From Tubulanus polymorphus (taxonomy: Eukaryota; Animalia; Nemertea): a DNA stretch of 64,000 nucleotides. Of the stretch, positions 1 through 14,476 are shown piece by piece. Positions within the stretch are counted from its first letter, which is position 1. The number at the start of each line of letters is the position of its first letter. The notes under the pieces are model-generated. The model did no database searches and had not been told where the DNA came from. It saw only the letters and a list, made by a program, of their open reading frames with translations. The position numbers were made by a program, and so were the translations under genes. Where the stretch lies: assembly GCF_964204645.1 (NCBI RefSeq), contig NC_134025.1:12524001-12588000 (forward strand), written 5' to 3'.

Positions 1-1977
<1,977 letters not shown>

Positions 1978-2514
1978 TACAGATAGGAACAATACAGGAG
2001 GGTCTATTTTTAGCCCACTTGAGATTTTAGTCCCAGCAGGCTGTTATTGCGTTCACATTTCATTCATCAGTATACGGAATCCAGTTATTTTAAAGACACT
2101 TCAATGGATTGTCTTGATATTTGATCTATACATGTGTAGATACATGACAGAACTTCAGCCCCAAAACTGGCGTGACCAGAATCAAGACTGGCGGCAATTG
2201 CTGTTCGCCGAAATATGCACTTTTTACACATTTTTGGTTTACCTTTTTCAGCGATATTGAGCCAATTATGTAAAATTGTGGTACGTTTTTTATGTGAGCA
2301 TTTGTTTCATTAGTATTGGGCCTAAAGGAAGTATAATTGATGCGATTGAGGACATGCGAAACCTACTTCAATGACATGGTCAGCTTTAGGTCATAGGAAG
2401 CCAATTGGTAAATTTCATTTCAAGGCTCTAACTCATAAACTGTTTAAGATAAGGTGAAATTTTATGGATTGGCTATCCTAGAGACTATGGGTAACTGTTA
2501 AGATTTCTGGTCCT

Positions 2515-2737
2515 CAGAGATGAGAATTCCCTGTGGATTTCGATATTCAAGATCGCTCTAAGTGCCCAGAAAACACTTTTAATTTCTAAAATTTTCTCAG
2601 GGGAGGACCCCTAAACCCCCCAAAATGGCTTCGCGCCTTTCGGCCCTGCAAGTGCTGACGGCTAAGCCGTCGGCTTGTTTGCGTGTGTAACTCAAGAAAA
2701 AAACCGCGGATTTTATAGGTCAGCCGTCTCATCTCTG
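2515..2737. mobile_element. MITE with CAG...CTG termini (hAT-like), 6-bp target duplication
   Basis: 11-bp TIR CAGAGATGAGA / TCTCATCTCTG; GGTCCT on both flanks (2509-2514, 2738-2743). A partial related copy lies at about 21925-22048. Confidence 0.7.
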
Positions 2738-2802
2738 GGTCCTGTATGTCTAAAGGTCAAGGTCACTGGAGGCTGTTTAGTATTTTTCATTTCGTGCCTT
2801 TA

Positions 2803-3213
2803 AGCTCAGCGCACACCTTTGCGATTGATCGTATGATCGCTTCATCGCATGGTTTTACTGCATCATCGTAAAGGTATGCGGTGGCACCCGGAGCTGATTT
2901 CGTCGTATCATTGCAACAAATCAAATATGTTTGATATTTTCGCATGCGATTTTTCCGTGTGATAAAAATCGTAAAGGTGTGTAGGCTACGCTGCCGATGT
3001 TCTGAACGTTTATTTTTAGTAGCCAAACAGAAGGATGAAGCAGTCACATGATGCTCAAAATGGCGGCTCAGTCACGTGATTGAATTCAACTCGAAGCCCT
3101 CATTAAAATCGCAAAGGTATGCAGACATGATGCGATTTTTATCCTGTCATCGTGTCATCGCATGCGATGATACGATGACACAAAGGTGTGATCGCAAAGG
3201 TGTGCGGCCAGCT
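2803..3213. mobile_element. PIF/Harbinger-like MITE
   Basis: Imperfect TIR of about 23 bp (AGCTcagCGCACACCTTTGCGAT / ATCGCAAAGGTGTGCGgccAGCT), TTA on both sides, and internal repeats of ATCG(C/T)AAAGGT(A/G)TG. Confidence 0.65.
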
Positions 3214-5093
3214 TTATAAACAGGTTGACATATGCTCAGGATGTATTATACACTCAAGCGTTTCACCTGATGTAGGGGCATCTAGTTGTATATGGTCACC
3301 AGTGGGCATTGAATAGCTGAATGACTTAGTGTTTTCATATTGTATTGGTACCTAGGCATATTTTGTTACCACAATCAATTGCAAAATTTTTGTTCAATAT
3401 TCAATGATTGTGGTGAGTTTCAAGGTCATTGGTTTCTTAAGATGTTCTGCAGGGAGCATTGAATATTGAAATTTTCTGATTGTTGAGCATTTCAATAACA
3501 TGGGCATGGTGTCTCAGGACCCCCAGTTCTGTTTGCTATCAAATCTACATGTATATTCTACATTTTTCATGAAATACATAGAACTATTATGAAAAATTAA
3601 TACTTTGCCTTCTAATAGGGTGGATCTATTTGGAAGGCCGGTGTCCAGAAGAAAATAAAAGGCATTTCTTGGGTAACGCAGCCATCTACCATTATCTCAC
3701 TAGTGGGTCTCGCCCTCGGTGTTAAGACGTTTTTGTAGAAATGTAGACATCCTAAAAGATGCACATTCCAAGCGGAAGAATGTCAAATTTATGTTTTAAC
3801 GATCTTCGTCTTGTTGACAGGGCAACCCTAATTCCGCCCCTGAGTATTGTATCTAGAAATTTGTCACATTGACTATTGTTAAAAAGAAGAAACCAGTATA
3901 GTGGCCTGGAGCACCATTTATAGCTTCCAACTTGCTAGCATCTCCAATGTGCAGTGCAAAGAGAAAAATGTAGTTAAGTCTTGATTCGTTTGGAATCCCA
4001 CAAATTGCATATCATGCAGTAATACTCACAATTCGGATGACTAGGGAATGTAGGTTTTCAAGCCAAAGGTCGAAAGTTAAAACAAAATAAGAATAAAAAA
4101 AGTAATAATTTCATATCTGTTATTATCATTTCATCGATTGAATATTGAATTATATTACAAAGACTACAAAGATTTTGTATATGAAAAAAATGAAATGAAT
4201 GGATCAACAAAAATTATATTTTAATAATTATGATTTAACTGAATTAGAAAAATATTTCATGATTAAAAATTTCATTCTTATAAAAGATTGTATAAAAAAA
4301 ACTGTACATTTTCATGTACATAATATATGTGAAGTATCATTTGAGACTAATCAATATTTTAGTTAGTTGGTTACGTATAAGGAAAATAAATCCTTTTAGC
4401 TTGCCAACTCTAATGAAATCTATAGATTATACTGTTAAAATAGATGAAGTTTATACATTGGAACCTCATTCATACAAGTACCTGGGGCCCTCAAAGGTAA
4501 ATAGACTCTCAATTCAAGGCTTTCTATGGAGTCCTATTTCAGTCCTAAGTATCTGTTGGCCTGTAATAGTACAAAGGGCATGCCTATGATTTTATTCAAT
4601 CCCTCCAATTCACTCTTCAAAAGTAGACCTTTTTGTAAATGGCATAGATGGGTTACATCAGTGTTGGACTGAAGTTTCTCATATTTCACATTGACCACCT
4701 CGTTACAGTACTTTGTATTTCTTTTCACTCAAAATGTATGGTCCCGACAACTGATGAGGATAACACATTAGGTTTAACATAGAAATTGGACAACATGACC
4801 ATGTATTTGTCTACGGAATAAGCAAGAATACAGATAATGAAGTATAAAAAGGGATGAACTTAAAAGCAGTAATGTTGGTTCATCTTCAAAATCTTACTAC
4901 AGGGTATTTTTCTAAATCATTCGTATAAAATACCTTAGTATTCAATTAATGGCTCTAAATCATAGCTACATAAATAGCAGTTGTATTTCTAACACAGTTT
5001 TAATTCTCTGACGTAAGGCATTTGCTATATGATGACATTGATAAGGCACTTTTCATATTGCATTATTAGGGTTATTGATGATGTCAAATTTAT

Positions 5094-6282
5094 TTATTTC
5101 CTTTTCCTTTTGTTCAATGTACACATGACTCCTCCCGCTGGCTTTAGATTGGTTGCTTCCCGAAGACCACGATCTTGTCCCGGGACCAACTCATATTCGT
5201 AAGACTGCAAAAACCTTGCCAGCAAAATTTTGCCTTCCATCTAAAAAAAGATACGCAAGAATTAAGTGTCTTTTATACTAGTTCAGTAAGCCAATGTCAT
5301 TCTTATGAATTAAATGAACCTACCCATGCAAAATGGCTTCCGATGCATGACCTCATACCAAGAGAGAAAGGCAGATAGCAGTACGCATGGCTAAGAAAGA
5401 AGCAAGAATGAATAACACATTTCATTTAGTGGCGGCAGAAACATGATCGACAGATATAAGCTGAGGGAAATTTACACCACATATTAACATGGAAAAAATG
5501 ATCAAAACACAGGTAAATATATACATGTAAATAGAAAATTAACATTAGGCTAAAAAGATATCTTATTTCTCAAACCTTAGCTAGTTCTGACGATTTTCGC
5601 CCAAAAATTGTAAAATAAAAGTGGTATGTTGGTTCATCTTCAAAATCATACTACAGAACTTTCCTGTTTGTAGATCATTTGTACAAATGTACTTGAGTAT
5701 TCAATAATAACCCTGTCTACCCATAACTTAATATTTTACTTACGTCTGACCTTCTGCAAATGTGTCGGGTTGAAACATGTCTGGATCGGTATAGTTGCCA
5801 ATATAACGGTGTGCAACAAAGAATGATATCTATAAGAAAATAACGAATGATTTTGTATGTCGAAAAACTGAATGTATTGTTAGATATTTTTGTGTAATTA
5901 TATTGATAATGATAATAATAATAATAAGTGTTTCTGGTGATCTCATGCTTGATACGTCTTGTCAAGACAAAAATCACTAATTATCAGCAATGTTTATAAT
6001 CAAGTCCATAAAGCACTTTATTTCTTTGAATTAGGGAAGACCGTTCCACAGGTGTAATTTGAATTCTATGATGAAAATATCCTCACCAGAACACAAGAAT
6101 TAGAAGGATATTATATTCCATTAATCTCGGTTGCACTTGGTACGTCGCGAATAGTGCCTGGAGCAGTTGGGAACAAACGTAAACTTTCTTTCCACACCTG
6201 ATCGAGATATACAAGTTTACCAATATCACTACATTCTAGTTGTTGTTTGTCACCCACAACTGCATCAATCTCCTCAATGACT
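5094..6282 (-). pseudogene. CYP46A1: CYP46A1-like cytochrome P450 copy A, last four exons; premature stop
   Basis: Exons 6087-6282, 5744-5829, 5324-5390 and 5094-5240 encode KESLRLFP (ExxR) and the heme motif PFSLGMRSCIG. There is an in-frame TAA at 6111-6113 where copy B has AAA (GIKYP), and the PERF-type motif reads PDTF against PDRF in copy B. Confidence 0.85.
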
Positions 6283-8103
6283 CTAAGAAATACATGTATC
6301 GGTATGTGTAAATCATGTAAAAAAGTTGAATAGACATAGAATATGAGACAACTGTATTTATGTTTGACATTGGCTATTGATTATGATTACAAAATATGCA
6401 TACCAACATATTATAGAAATGTTATATACTGTTTCAATTTTTAACTCCCCAATTCTATGTAAGGAGATGTGTCATATGACAGTTCTAAAATTATCGAATA
6501 TCAAGACTATAAGTTGAAACATGTTGATATTTTTCTAAAAAAACCATTCTACTGTAAAAAGTAAGACCTGGTATATTGATTGTTTTTAGAATCACATTTG
6601 CATGAGTAGTGAGGCTTATTTGCAAAAACTAAAGCTTGTCTGGGTGCAATTTCATCACACTTCTCCAATGTGAACATGTAGTTTCTAAACTGCGATGTTG
6701 AAATCTTGATTTTACAAATTAGCCAATTCACGACTTCAGCCAACCATTTTGAAGGCAATGATATCCAGTTTCAACACGGTCATCTTTGTACAGTAGAACC
6801 TACTTTATTGGAGAATTAAACAAGACGTACCCGGTACCTTGGGAAGTCACAGTTAGGTGATAATTTCAGTGAGCAAACTTAAATACGGACGGGTTACACC
6901 TCTATGTTTGCTATGTTTGAAATTATCATCAAAATGCGAATTCTCAAGGTATGTCCTATTTAGTTCTCCAATTTCACTTCGCTGGCAAATACTCCACGAG
7001 AGACGTGAGTTTTCCACGAGAGACGTAGAGATCATGACATCAATTTCACCGAACATAAAGACAAAACCATCAATTGCTAAGAATAACTGTCGTTGCGAAT
7101 TATGATGAGAGAGGGATCGAGGAATCGAAATCGTCATGGCCATATTCCCCTTCCTCTAAAGCGCAATACAAAGGCAATGTACATGGCAATGGCGAAGGCA
7201 ATTTTTACTATGTATTTCATTTTTATCGGCTCTAACAATCGGAAACAAGTTTTATAAAACCGTTTCTTTTAAGAAGGCGCCTCAAAATGTAGTTAATTAT
7301 ATGTCATTGGTTTTAAAGATTTCATAGTTTGAGATACGATTTAAAACTTTTGATTTTATTTGATATTGCAATCGTAAAAATATCATAGTAACGCGAATGG
7401 CCACCGCACGCGAGTTTCTACATGGGCAATAGATATATTCACGGCAATTTTAAAAGATTTTTAAAGATTTTTTTCAGATCACATTCATCGTTTAATTGTT
7501 TCGAAGTTGACTTGAGGTGTCTCTCCAGGCCTATCAGTGTAAAATTTAGGACCGGGTAATATTTCATTAGACATACACGTATGTAGGTTGGTCCCACGTT
7601 AAAACACGCCGTGATTCCTGTGTCAAGGTATATAGAAATATTACAGGAGTCCCAACTCAGTTTCCTCATCCATTTCCTTTTTCAATTTTCCGCTATCCTC
7701 GACAGACGGAATTACCACCGGAAAGCAAGTGCATATCGAAGAAGATAGCAGGAGGAACAATGGCTTACCGATATGCGGAAGAATGTCACCATCTAATGCA
7801 ACACCAAAGTTTATGAGTGAAGTGAAATCGGGATCATTTGGCACTCGTGCACGTCAGTTAATCCGGTTTACCAGCAATCCAGATTGAAGATCATATTTCA
7901 AATGCCCATTTAATTTCAGATGGCCCATACATGATACAAGCCTATGGATTTGATCAAAATCCGGTTAAAATGATCTGGATGGATTAAATGGTGCTGACTC
8001 TACCATAGTGAAACTGGTGTTAATGAGGTGCTGCAAAATTCAATTCTCGTAATTTCTTACAGGGGGTAAATTAAGCTACCGGTAATAGAAGCGATGAACC
8101 GAC

Positions 8104-8420
8104 ATACCGACAAACCCGTGCGTGGATTACCCTTATATAAAGTGGCTGGGATCGAGGGGCTGTGTGGTGCGTGGATTACCCTGATATAAAGTGGCTGGGA
8201 TCGAGGGGCTGTGTGGTGCGTGGATTACCCTGATATAAAGTGGCTGGGATCGAGGGGCTGCGGGTATGTGTGCGTGGATTAACCTGATTTAAAATGGCTG
8301 GGATCGAGGGGCTGGGTATGTGCGTGGATTACCCTTATATGAAGTGGATAGGATCGAGGGACAGAGTTTTTTTCGAAGATTACCCGTGGCTGATTCGAGG
8401 GACTGACGGTTTGTCGGTAT
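8104..8420. repeat. Five ~49-53 bp tandem units inside a 13-bp inverted repeat
   Basis: Unit GTGCGTGGATTACCCTGATATAAAGTGGCTGGGATCGAGGGGCTG...; flanked by ATACCGACAAACC (8104-8116) and GGTTTGTCGGTAT (8408-8420). Confidence 0.85.
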
Positions 8421-10485
8421 ATAAGTAGAAAAACGCAGTCTTTAGTCGAATTACTCCTTGAAAGATTATTTTATTTTCAGTTTGTCGGTATGTTGGTAGA
8501 AAACTGAGTGCGCAGCCGAATTACTCCTTTTTTGAAACAGCTGTTCAAGAAATGGTCTGTGCATCTTGTGAATATCGTAACGTCGATTATAAGACAGAAT
8601 ATGATAAATTAAAACGATTAGCTGAAGACAGTAAGTAAGTTCATTTGTCACATCAATACATCTTATGTCTATTTCAACTTGACTTGAGAGCACATTTGGT
8701 GGGCTACAGTCAGTTTCGGTTATACATGACAAAGCGGTATAATATATGGTTATGTCTGTATAGTTAACCAAATACCGGTAATATCTTTTCATGATGACCT
8801 ATGTATAGTATATATACCACACGCTTAGTTGATGAATCGTGACGCTTTGACAAACTGCGTCCCAGGATTTATGACGGGGTTGCTTATCTTACCAACTTTT
8901 GAGCAACTGGCCCCTGGGATTTCGTAATAGGACTCAAGGACCAGACTTGACTGGCAGTTGAACTAAAACAACGTTGTTTAATCCATTTTACACTATATTG
9001 AAGGATTGCCAATAGTCTTCATTGAATGCAGGGTTGAATAAAGAAAAGTGACTCAATTTAAATGTTTAATGTTAAATGTCTTATACATACCATAATTTTT
9101 TTGATAATTTGAAAAAACTTCACGAAGTTGTAGGTGGTTTTATATCTAACGCCGCAAACGAGACCGGCAGAGAGCTTTTTATTTGATTTTTAGATGCGTG
9201 CGATAGCCAAGCCAAAACCTGAATTGCAGGAATTTTACAAAAAGAACATACTGATCGTAACGTGTCCTGAAGGTTATCGATGCGGGGAAAGTCAAGATGA
9301 GCTTGTTTAATTGCCCCCAGCGAAGTTAGTTGCTGAATCACCTGTTTTGAAACTCACGTCCATTTTTTTTTAATTTTAGGAAGTACATTACACAGATAAA
9401 GCATTTATTCGAGGTTGCTTCAAGGATTGCAGCAAGGAATTTAAATCAATCAGGATAAGCAACGTGAGTGTATTGCTGAACATCTGATTACGACTACTGT
9501 AACAGTGCTACTATTTACAGGATAAATATGATGCTAATAGTTATGGTTGTTTTTGGTGTTTGGTGGTTTAAGTTAAATTCGCTTTGTAAGGCTAGAACTA
9601 TTTTACTTTTAAACAAATTCACCTCTCTTGTGATTACGCTTATAGGTTACTACCTTAGAATATAGAGAGCATTGTGTAAAACATTTCGCATGTTAAAGAC
9701 AAATTTGTATGGCATTGGGAATGGAATTTGGGACTTTTGACTCTTGACCAAAATTGCTAAATGTGTGAAAGCTACGTTCAAAACCATGTTGTAATTTTTT
9801 TGTTTTAGTCGTATTTTCTTTCTAAACTACAAGTATTTGATTTATCATTTGTTAGAAAATGTAAATAGGTATGAAAATTTTACAAAACTGATGCGCAATA
9901 GGTTATATCAATAACATTCGATGTGATAATGTTAATTTTCTTTTCTATGATTCTATTGTTAATACTGTAATCCTTTATGTACCACTAAGTGTGGTTAGAG
10001 TGTAATAAATCTTATCTAATCATTCTTATCATTTTTTTCAAGATGATTATTTTCATTATTGGACGCGATCGATATCAAATCAACACTGCTGAAAGTGAAT
10101 ACTGCCGATAGATTACTGCTGATTAGATTAAGATTAGATTGATCTTGAAAATTTCAAAACTGTAGATCAAAATTTGTAACAATATTGCGAACTTTTGAAT
10201 GGGATGAGCAATAATTTAAGTTGAATTATCGGGAAGACGATTTCAATGTTTATAACTTCACCAGCGCGCATTGTTGCATTAACTTTATAAATGAGTGATC
10301 ATAAAAAAGTTAATGATCAGCTGAGTTCATCGATATTTTTACTTTGTTTCTACCTTAATCCGATCCAGAGATATAAACGAAATAAGAAAATTAAACGGGG
10401 GAAAAATAGGGACAAAAAATTCAACAATGCGGACCTGGCGGGTACCCCAAAATGGCGCCTGGAAACTGTAAAAAGGCTTACGTTA

Positions 10486-10927
10486 ATGAGGATTTTGTTT
10501 GTACCATAGTGAAGCTAATCAGCCCCAATCATCGTTTTAAGATTTAAAACTTACTTCTTTATCATTTGGGTTCCTTGTAAATATGTATAGTACATGCTTT
10601 TATCTTTGTACATAACACATATGCTGTGTACAGATGTTGTCTTCTTTTTTCTTTGTCAAATATTGTTTGATCTATATTCTATGTTAAGTTTTGAAATTGT
10701 GTATACTTCTTGATGTTCCTGTGCATACCTCTCGTTGAGGTGTTGAGTGTAAATAAATTTCAATTTCGATATTCATATTCAAATGATAGATGTATTAGTC
10801 CCTTGCTGTTATTTATTTCAAAAATTTTGATGATGGCAGTTTATCATCTGGACACATCAATCTATGGAAATTCTAGGCCATTTAGAAAAAATTAAAACAA
10901 ACATACATATACTCAGCGAGCACACGC
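10486..10927. repeat. ~440-bp direct repeat; second copy at 18943-19141 plus 21396-21647
   Basis: The two copies align by eye with scattered substitutions and small indels; the second copy is split by the Helentron-type element. Confidence 0.9.
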
Positions 10928-11315
10928 AATAGAATGATTTTAAGATAGATAATTATCCGTAAACATGTTAAAGTCAAAGATAATAAAGATGATATGAAAG
11001 CAATATTTATCTGCAGCTTGATGACAAATGGGGAGCCGCGCTAAGAGTGACCAGTAGATGTTTTTAAAATCAAATTCATACTGCAGAGTACGATTTCGAG
11101 GATCTTGAAATAGTTTCCACACGTCACACAGGTATAGTCCGTGCCATTCGCTTCCATTGGATGAAAAAAAGGAGTACGTTTATAGCCTATGCATAAATTT
11201 AACGTAGTTACTCAAAAACATTTTTTTCGTATAGATGCTGTGACAAAAGATATTAAAAATATAAATGGATCACGACACTTAGTGATGGTTGGACGGTTGA
11301 TGATCGCATTTTGCA

Positions 11316-12402
11316 CTAAGCGCAATAATGCAAGCGAAATAATTTACTGCCCGCTTTTCTGAAAATATTATTGGTGGCGCAATAAATGATGAAGTTGAGC
11401 GACGAGTCAACACAGCTGAGCAAAATGCCAACTTTATCCATAATCATCGCATGGTCACCACTGATGTTGACACTTATACCATAAGTTCTCCAGACGAAGT
11501 AAAAAAGTCTGTCTAACCCGGCCGGGATCTCACAAACAAAGAATACGAGAACGCTGGATGATTTTCGCCTCGTGTGTCGAGTGAGACACGCTCTCTTTCG
11601 AAACGTCGTGCGCTGACAACATTTGACGCCGTTTCGCCAATCGATGGCGTAGAATGAACGACAGTAAAACGATGTTCACAATGACTAACGAAAACAGCGG
11701 TACTATGACCGTCATATACAAGTACGTAAAACCAGTAAACTTTCCCGCCACTGCTGGATCATAATTAAATATGGTGCGGGTCGTTTTGGCACCGAATGCA
11801 CCCATTGTGAAAACGCGTAGTCCATTTGGATTGTTATCAAAACAAGGCGACGTTGTTGGCCCCGGTAAAGTAAGAGGAAAGAAATAGGGCCAGTTGCAAA
11901 AAACAGAAAATATAAATATGAACACAGTGACACTTATGAGCTGTTTCTTGCCCCAGAAACGCTTATAATAAAGCGGGCTCATCACGATAAACAACCTCTC
12001 CAAGTTGATGATCACTACCGCCCAGTTATGGGACATCTGGAAAGCGAAGAATAACGGCAACGTCCAAATAATCAGCTCGTGGCCGAAATACCAATCATCG
12101 TAACCAAAAATCGGATCATAGCTTATAATCGCCAACAGGACCATGATACGGAACGGGATCACAAACAAAAGGTCGAACCAAGACAGGATAATAATGGAAC
12201 GGTAGCTAGCGACTCCCATTTTGTTGAACACTATGATTGTTACGATGTTGAGAAATATTCCGATGGTAGCAGCAGGAAAATAAGTGCCCAAGTACAAATA
12301 GACGCTAAACGCGTAATCCCACCTATATGGCGGGTACTTGCACACAGGTTCGGAAAGGCGAGTTGTCGAAAACACTTCAGTGTCATTCAGCAGAGTTATT
12401 AT
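11316..12402 (-). pseudogene. Intronless rhodopsin-class GPCR (FMRFamide/peptide-receptor-like or chemosensory), frameshifted
   Basis: ORF 11530-12375 gives TM1-TM5 (GIFLNIVT, LSWFDLL, INLERL...P). TM6 (VLVFFVCEIP) and TM7 (DSSLNFIIYCATNNIFR) continue in shifted frames to TAG at 11316-11318. No in-frame ATG precedes the ORF. Confidence 0.85.
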
Positions 12403-13151
12403 CTAAATTCAGGTTTCCCCAAAGTGTCACTGAGCGGCAAAGCTAATCAATTTTCCCGTGCAGTTCGGCACCAGTACATTTCCAAACAATCCTGTGTTGT
12501 ATAGCTTGCTTTACGTCGTGCGGATCTTGGCTTCCTAAGACTATTGAATCAGGACAGGGAGCGCGTTCGAAATATTGCCTCACTCCGTAAGGAGCCAACA
12601 AAACTCGAACCCGCTTGTCACTCAGGAATCAATGTAACGAACAGTATTCTGGTACACTGAGATCCTGCGAGAGATTATTGCTAGCTAGGATATACTTTGA
12701 CCGCTTTTTCTGGTATCTCGGCTTCGTTGACGAAACGCTGCAAATACATGTATGTGATTACAGTGAAATGCCCGCAGGTGTCTGGTTTAGTTTCACGATC
12801 GGATATTGGATTTTACTCCCGAGTAAAATTTACCTGTCATTTCGTAGTATTTTAAGATATCCGTCTAATTCTTGTTGTAATCCACGTACAACGATTCCGT
12901 CGTTTGTTTGATACATGTAAGACCTCACATGACTTGATTTGATTTATTTTGCATGAATAATTGGTACAGAGATTATAACATGACATAATAGTCATTATAG
13001 TCAGTGTAACAATAATTCATGCGAGGAATTGAAGAAAAGCCAGTAAGGTTTATACTAGTCTAAAAAATCCCTCACCACATACAGTTGATTCAATTTTATG
13101 AACGTCGACTGAAGTGGTCGTGTATACGCTCTCGCTCCATAGAATAATATT

Positions 13152-14440
13152 ATGTCGACGAGAAAACGCAAAAGCCGAAAATCGAAAAACTCCAAGGATT
13201 CTAGTATCACATCTGATATGGCATCGCCAAAAAGAGCTAAACAAGGCGAGGGAGATGATACTGTTTTTGAAGGAGAAGATGAGGATCACAACGAGGATGT
13301 TAGAAGTGACAATACCGATAACCGTTTCATATTGGATGAATTAAAAGCTATTAAAAGAGGACAGGAGTCATTAAAGGGCTTCTTTACGAATCAAGTGAAA
13401 ACTTTGAAGAAGGAAATGCTGGAGGTGATCGATGAGAAATTTGTCAAGTTCTCAAGTGAATTTCAAAATAAATTTCTAGATTTGGATAGAAAGGTTCGTG
13501 ATTTAGAGGCGCGCATAGGAGAGCACCCGTCCGGAACCGTTAAAGTTGGTGTGAAAAACCCTGAACTAACTGTTATTGTATCGAACCTGGAGCAGAACCG
13601 TAACGAGGACACAATCAGTTTATCGCAGGAACTGACTGACGAACTGTTCGTTCGTGATAATATTAAACCGCCAAGGGTAGTTGAGGCGATACGATTGAGG
13701 TCACGTGACTCTCGCAAGCCCGGTCTAATCAAAGTCGTTTACAGTACTGTGGATGAAAAAGTGTCAGTTCTACGAAGGAAATTTAATCTGGACGATACAC
13801 CGAGATACCATAACGTGTGGCTCCGCAGTAGTAAATCGCATGTCGAGAGAATTACGGAGTTGAACGCTCGATTTTATCTAGACAATATTCCTAACGGACA
13901 TAACTTTTAATTAAAGTCTCGGCGAATGGGAGGATTATACCAAAATCGAAAGGGTACAATGATTACAACTTAAACATGCGGAACTTAAACGATAAGAGAC
14001 GGAATCAGTGGAATAATAGTAGGAGAGGATCTTATTCGTTTGTGCCTAGCCACCGTAAAGATGTAAACGATAAGATGTCTACACAAGCATACCAGCAGGA
14101 CGGCAATGGACCCGGGGACGACCAGCCGCCGAGAATCTCCAAGCCTCCCCAGTCAATCAACGGCGACCAACATGAGGTACTGAACCAAAATCTGGAGGAA
14201 CAAACGATCACTAAGCAGACCATGAGAGTAGAACTGCCACCGAAAAAAGGCAGACAGAAATCGATTGAAGAACTTTTGTACGGTGAAACGGACAACGACA
14301 AACCGCTGACTCTGGACCAACCGTTACCTCCGAGCACTGCTGACAACCATCGTAAAGAGGCTCAACAAGCTCAAACTTCGGAAAAAACTAACATGGAGGT
14401 CAGCACAATCCTTGCGGAAGCAAGAATGCTACTAAGCTAG
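13152..14440 (+). pseudogene. LINE ORF1 (coiled-coil region plus low-complexity tail), one frameshift near 13908
   Basis: ORF 13152-13910 continues in a shifted frame (KVSANGRIIPK...) into ORF 13976-14440; it lies directly upstream of ORF2. Confidence 0.7.
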
Positions 14441-14476
14441 GAACACGGCGAAGAGCAAGATAACCATAATGATGGA

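Noticed and set aside
8117-8360. CRISPR-like array
   Set aside because: Units are contiguous with no unique spacers, there are no cas genes, and the context is eukaryotic.
12079-12504. 141-aa + strand ORF and other short antisense ORFs (e.g. 29894-30277, 47737-48174)
   Set aside because: They are shadows of genes on the opposite strand with no independent motifs.
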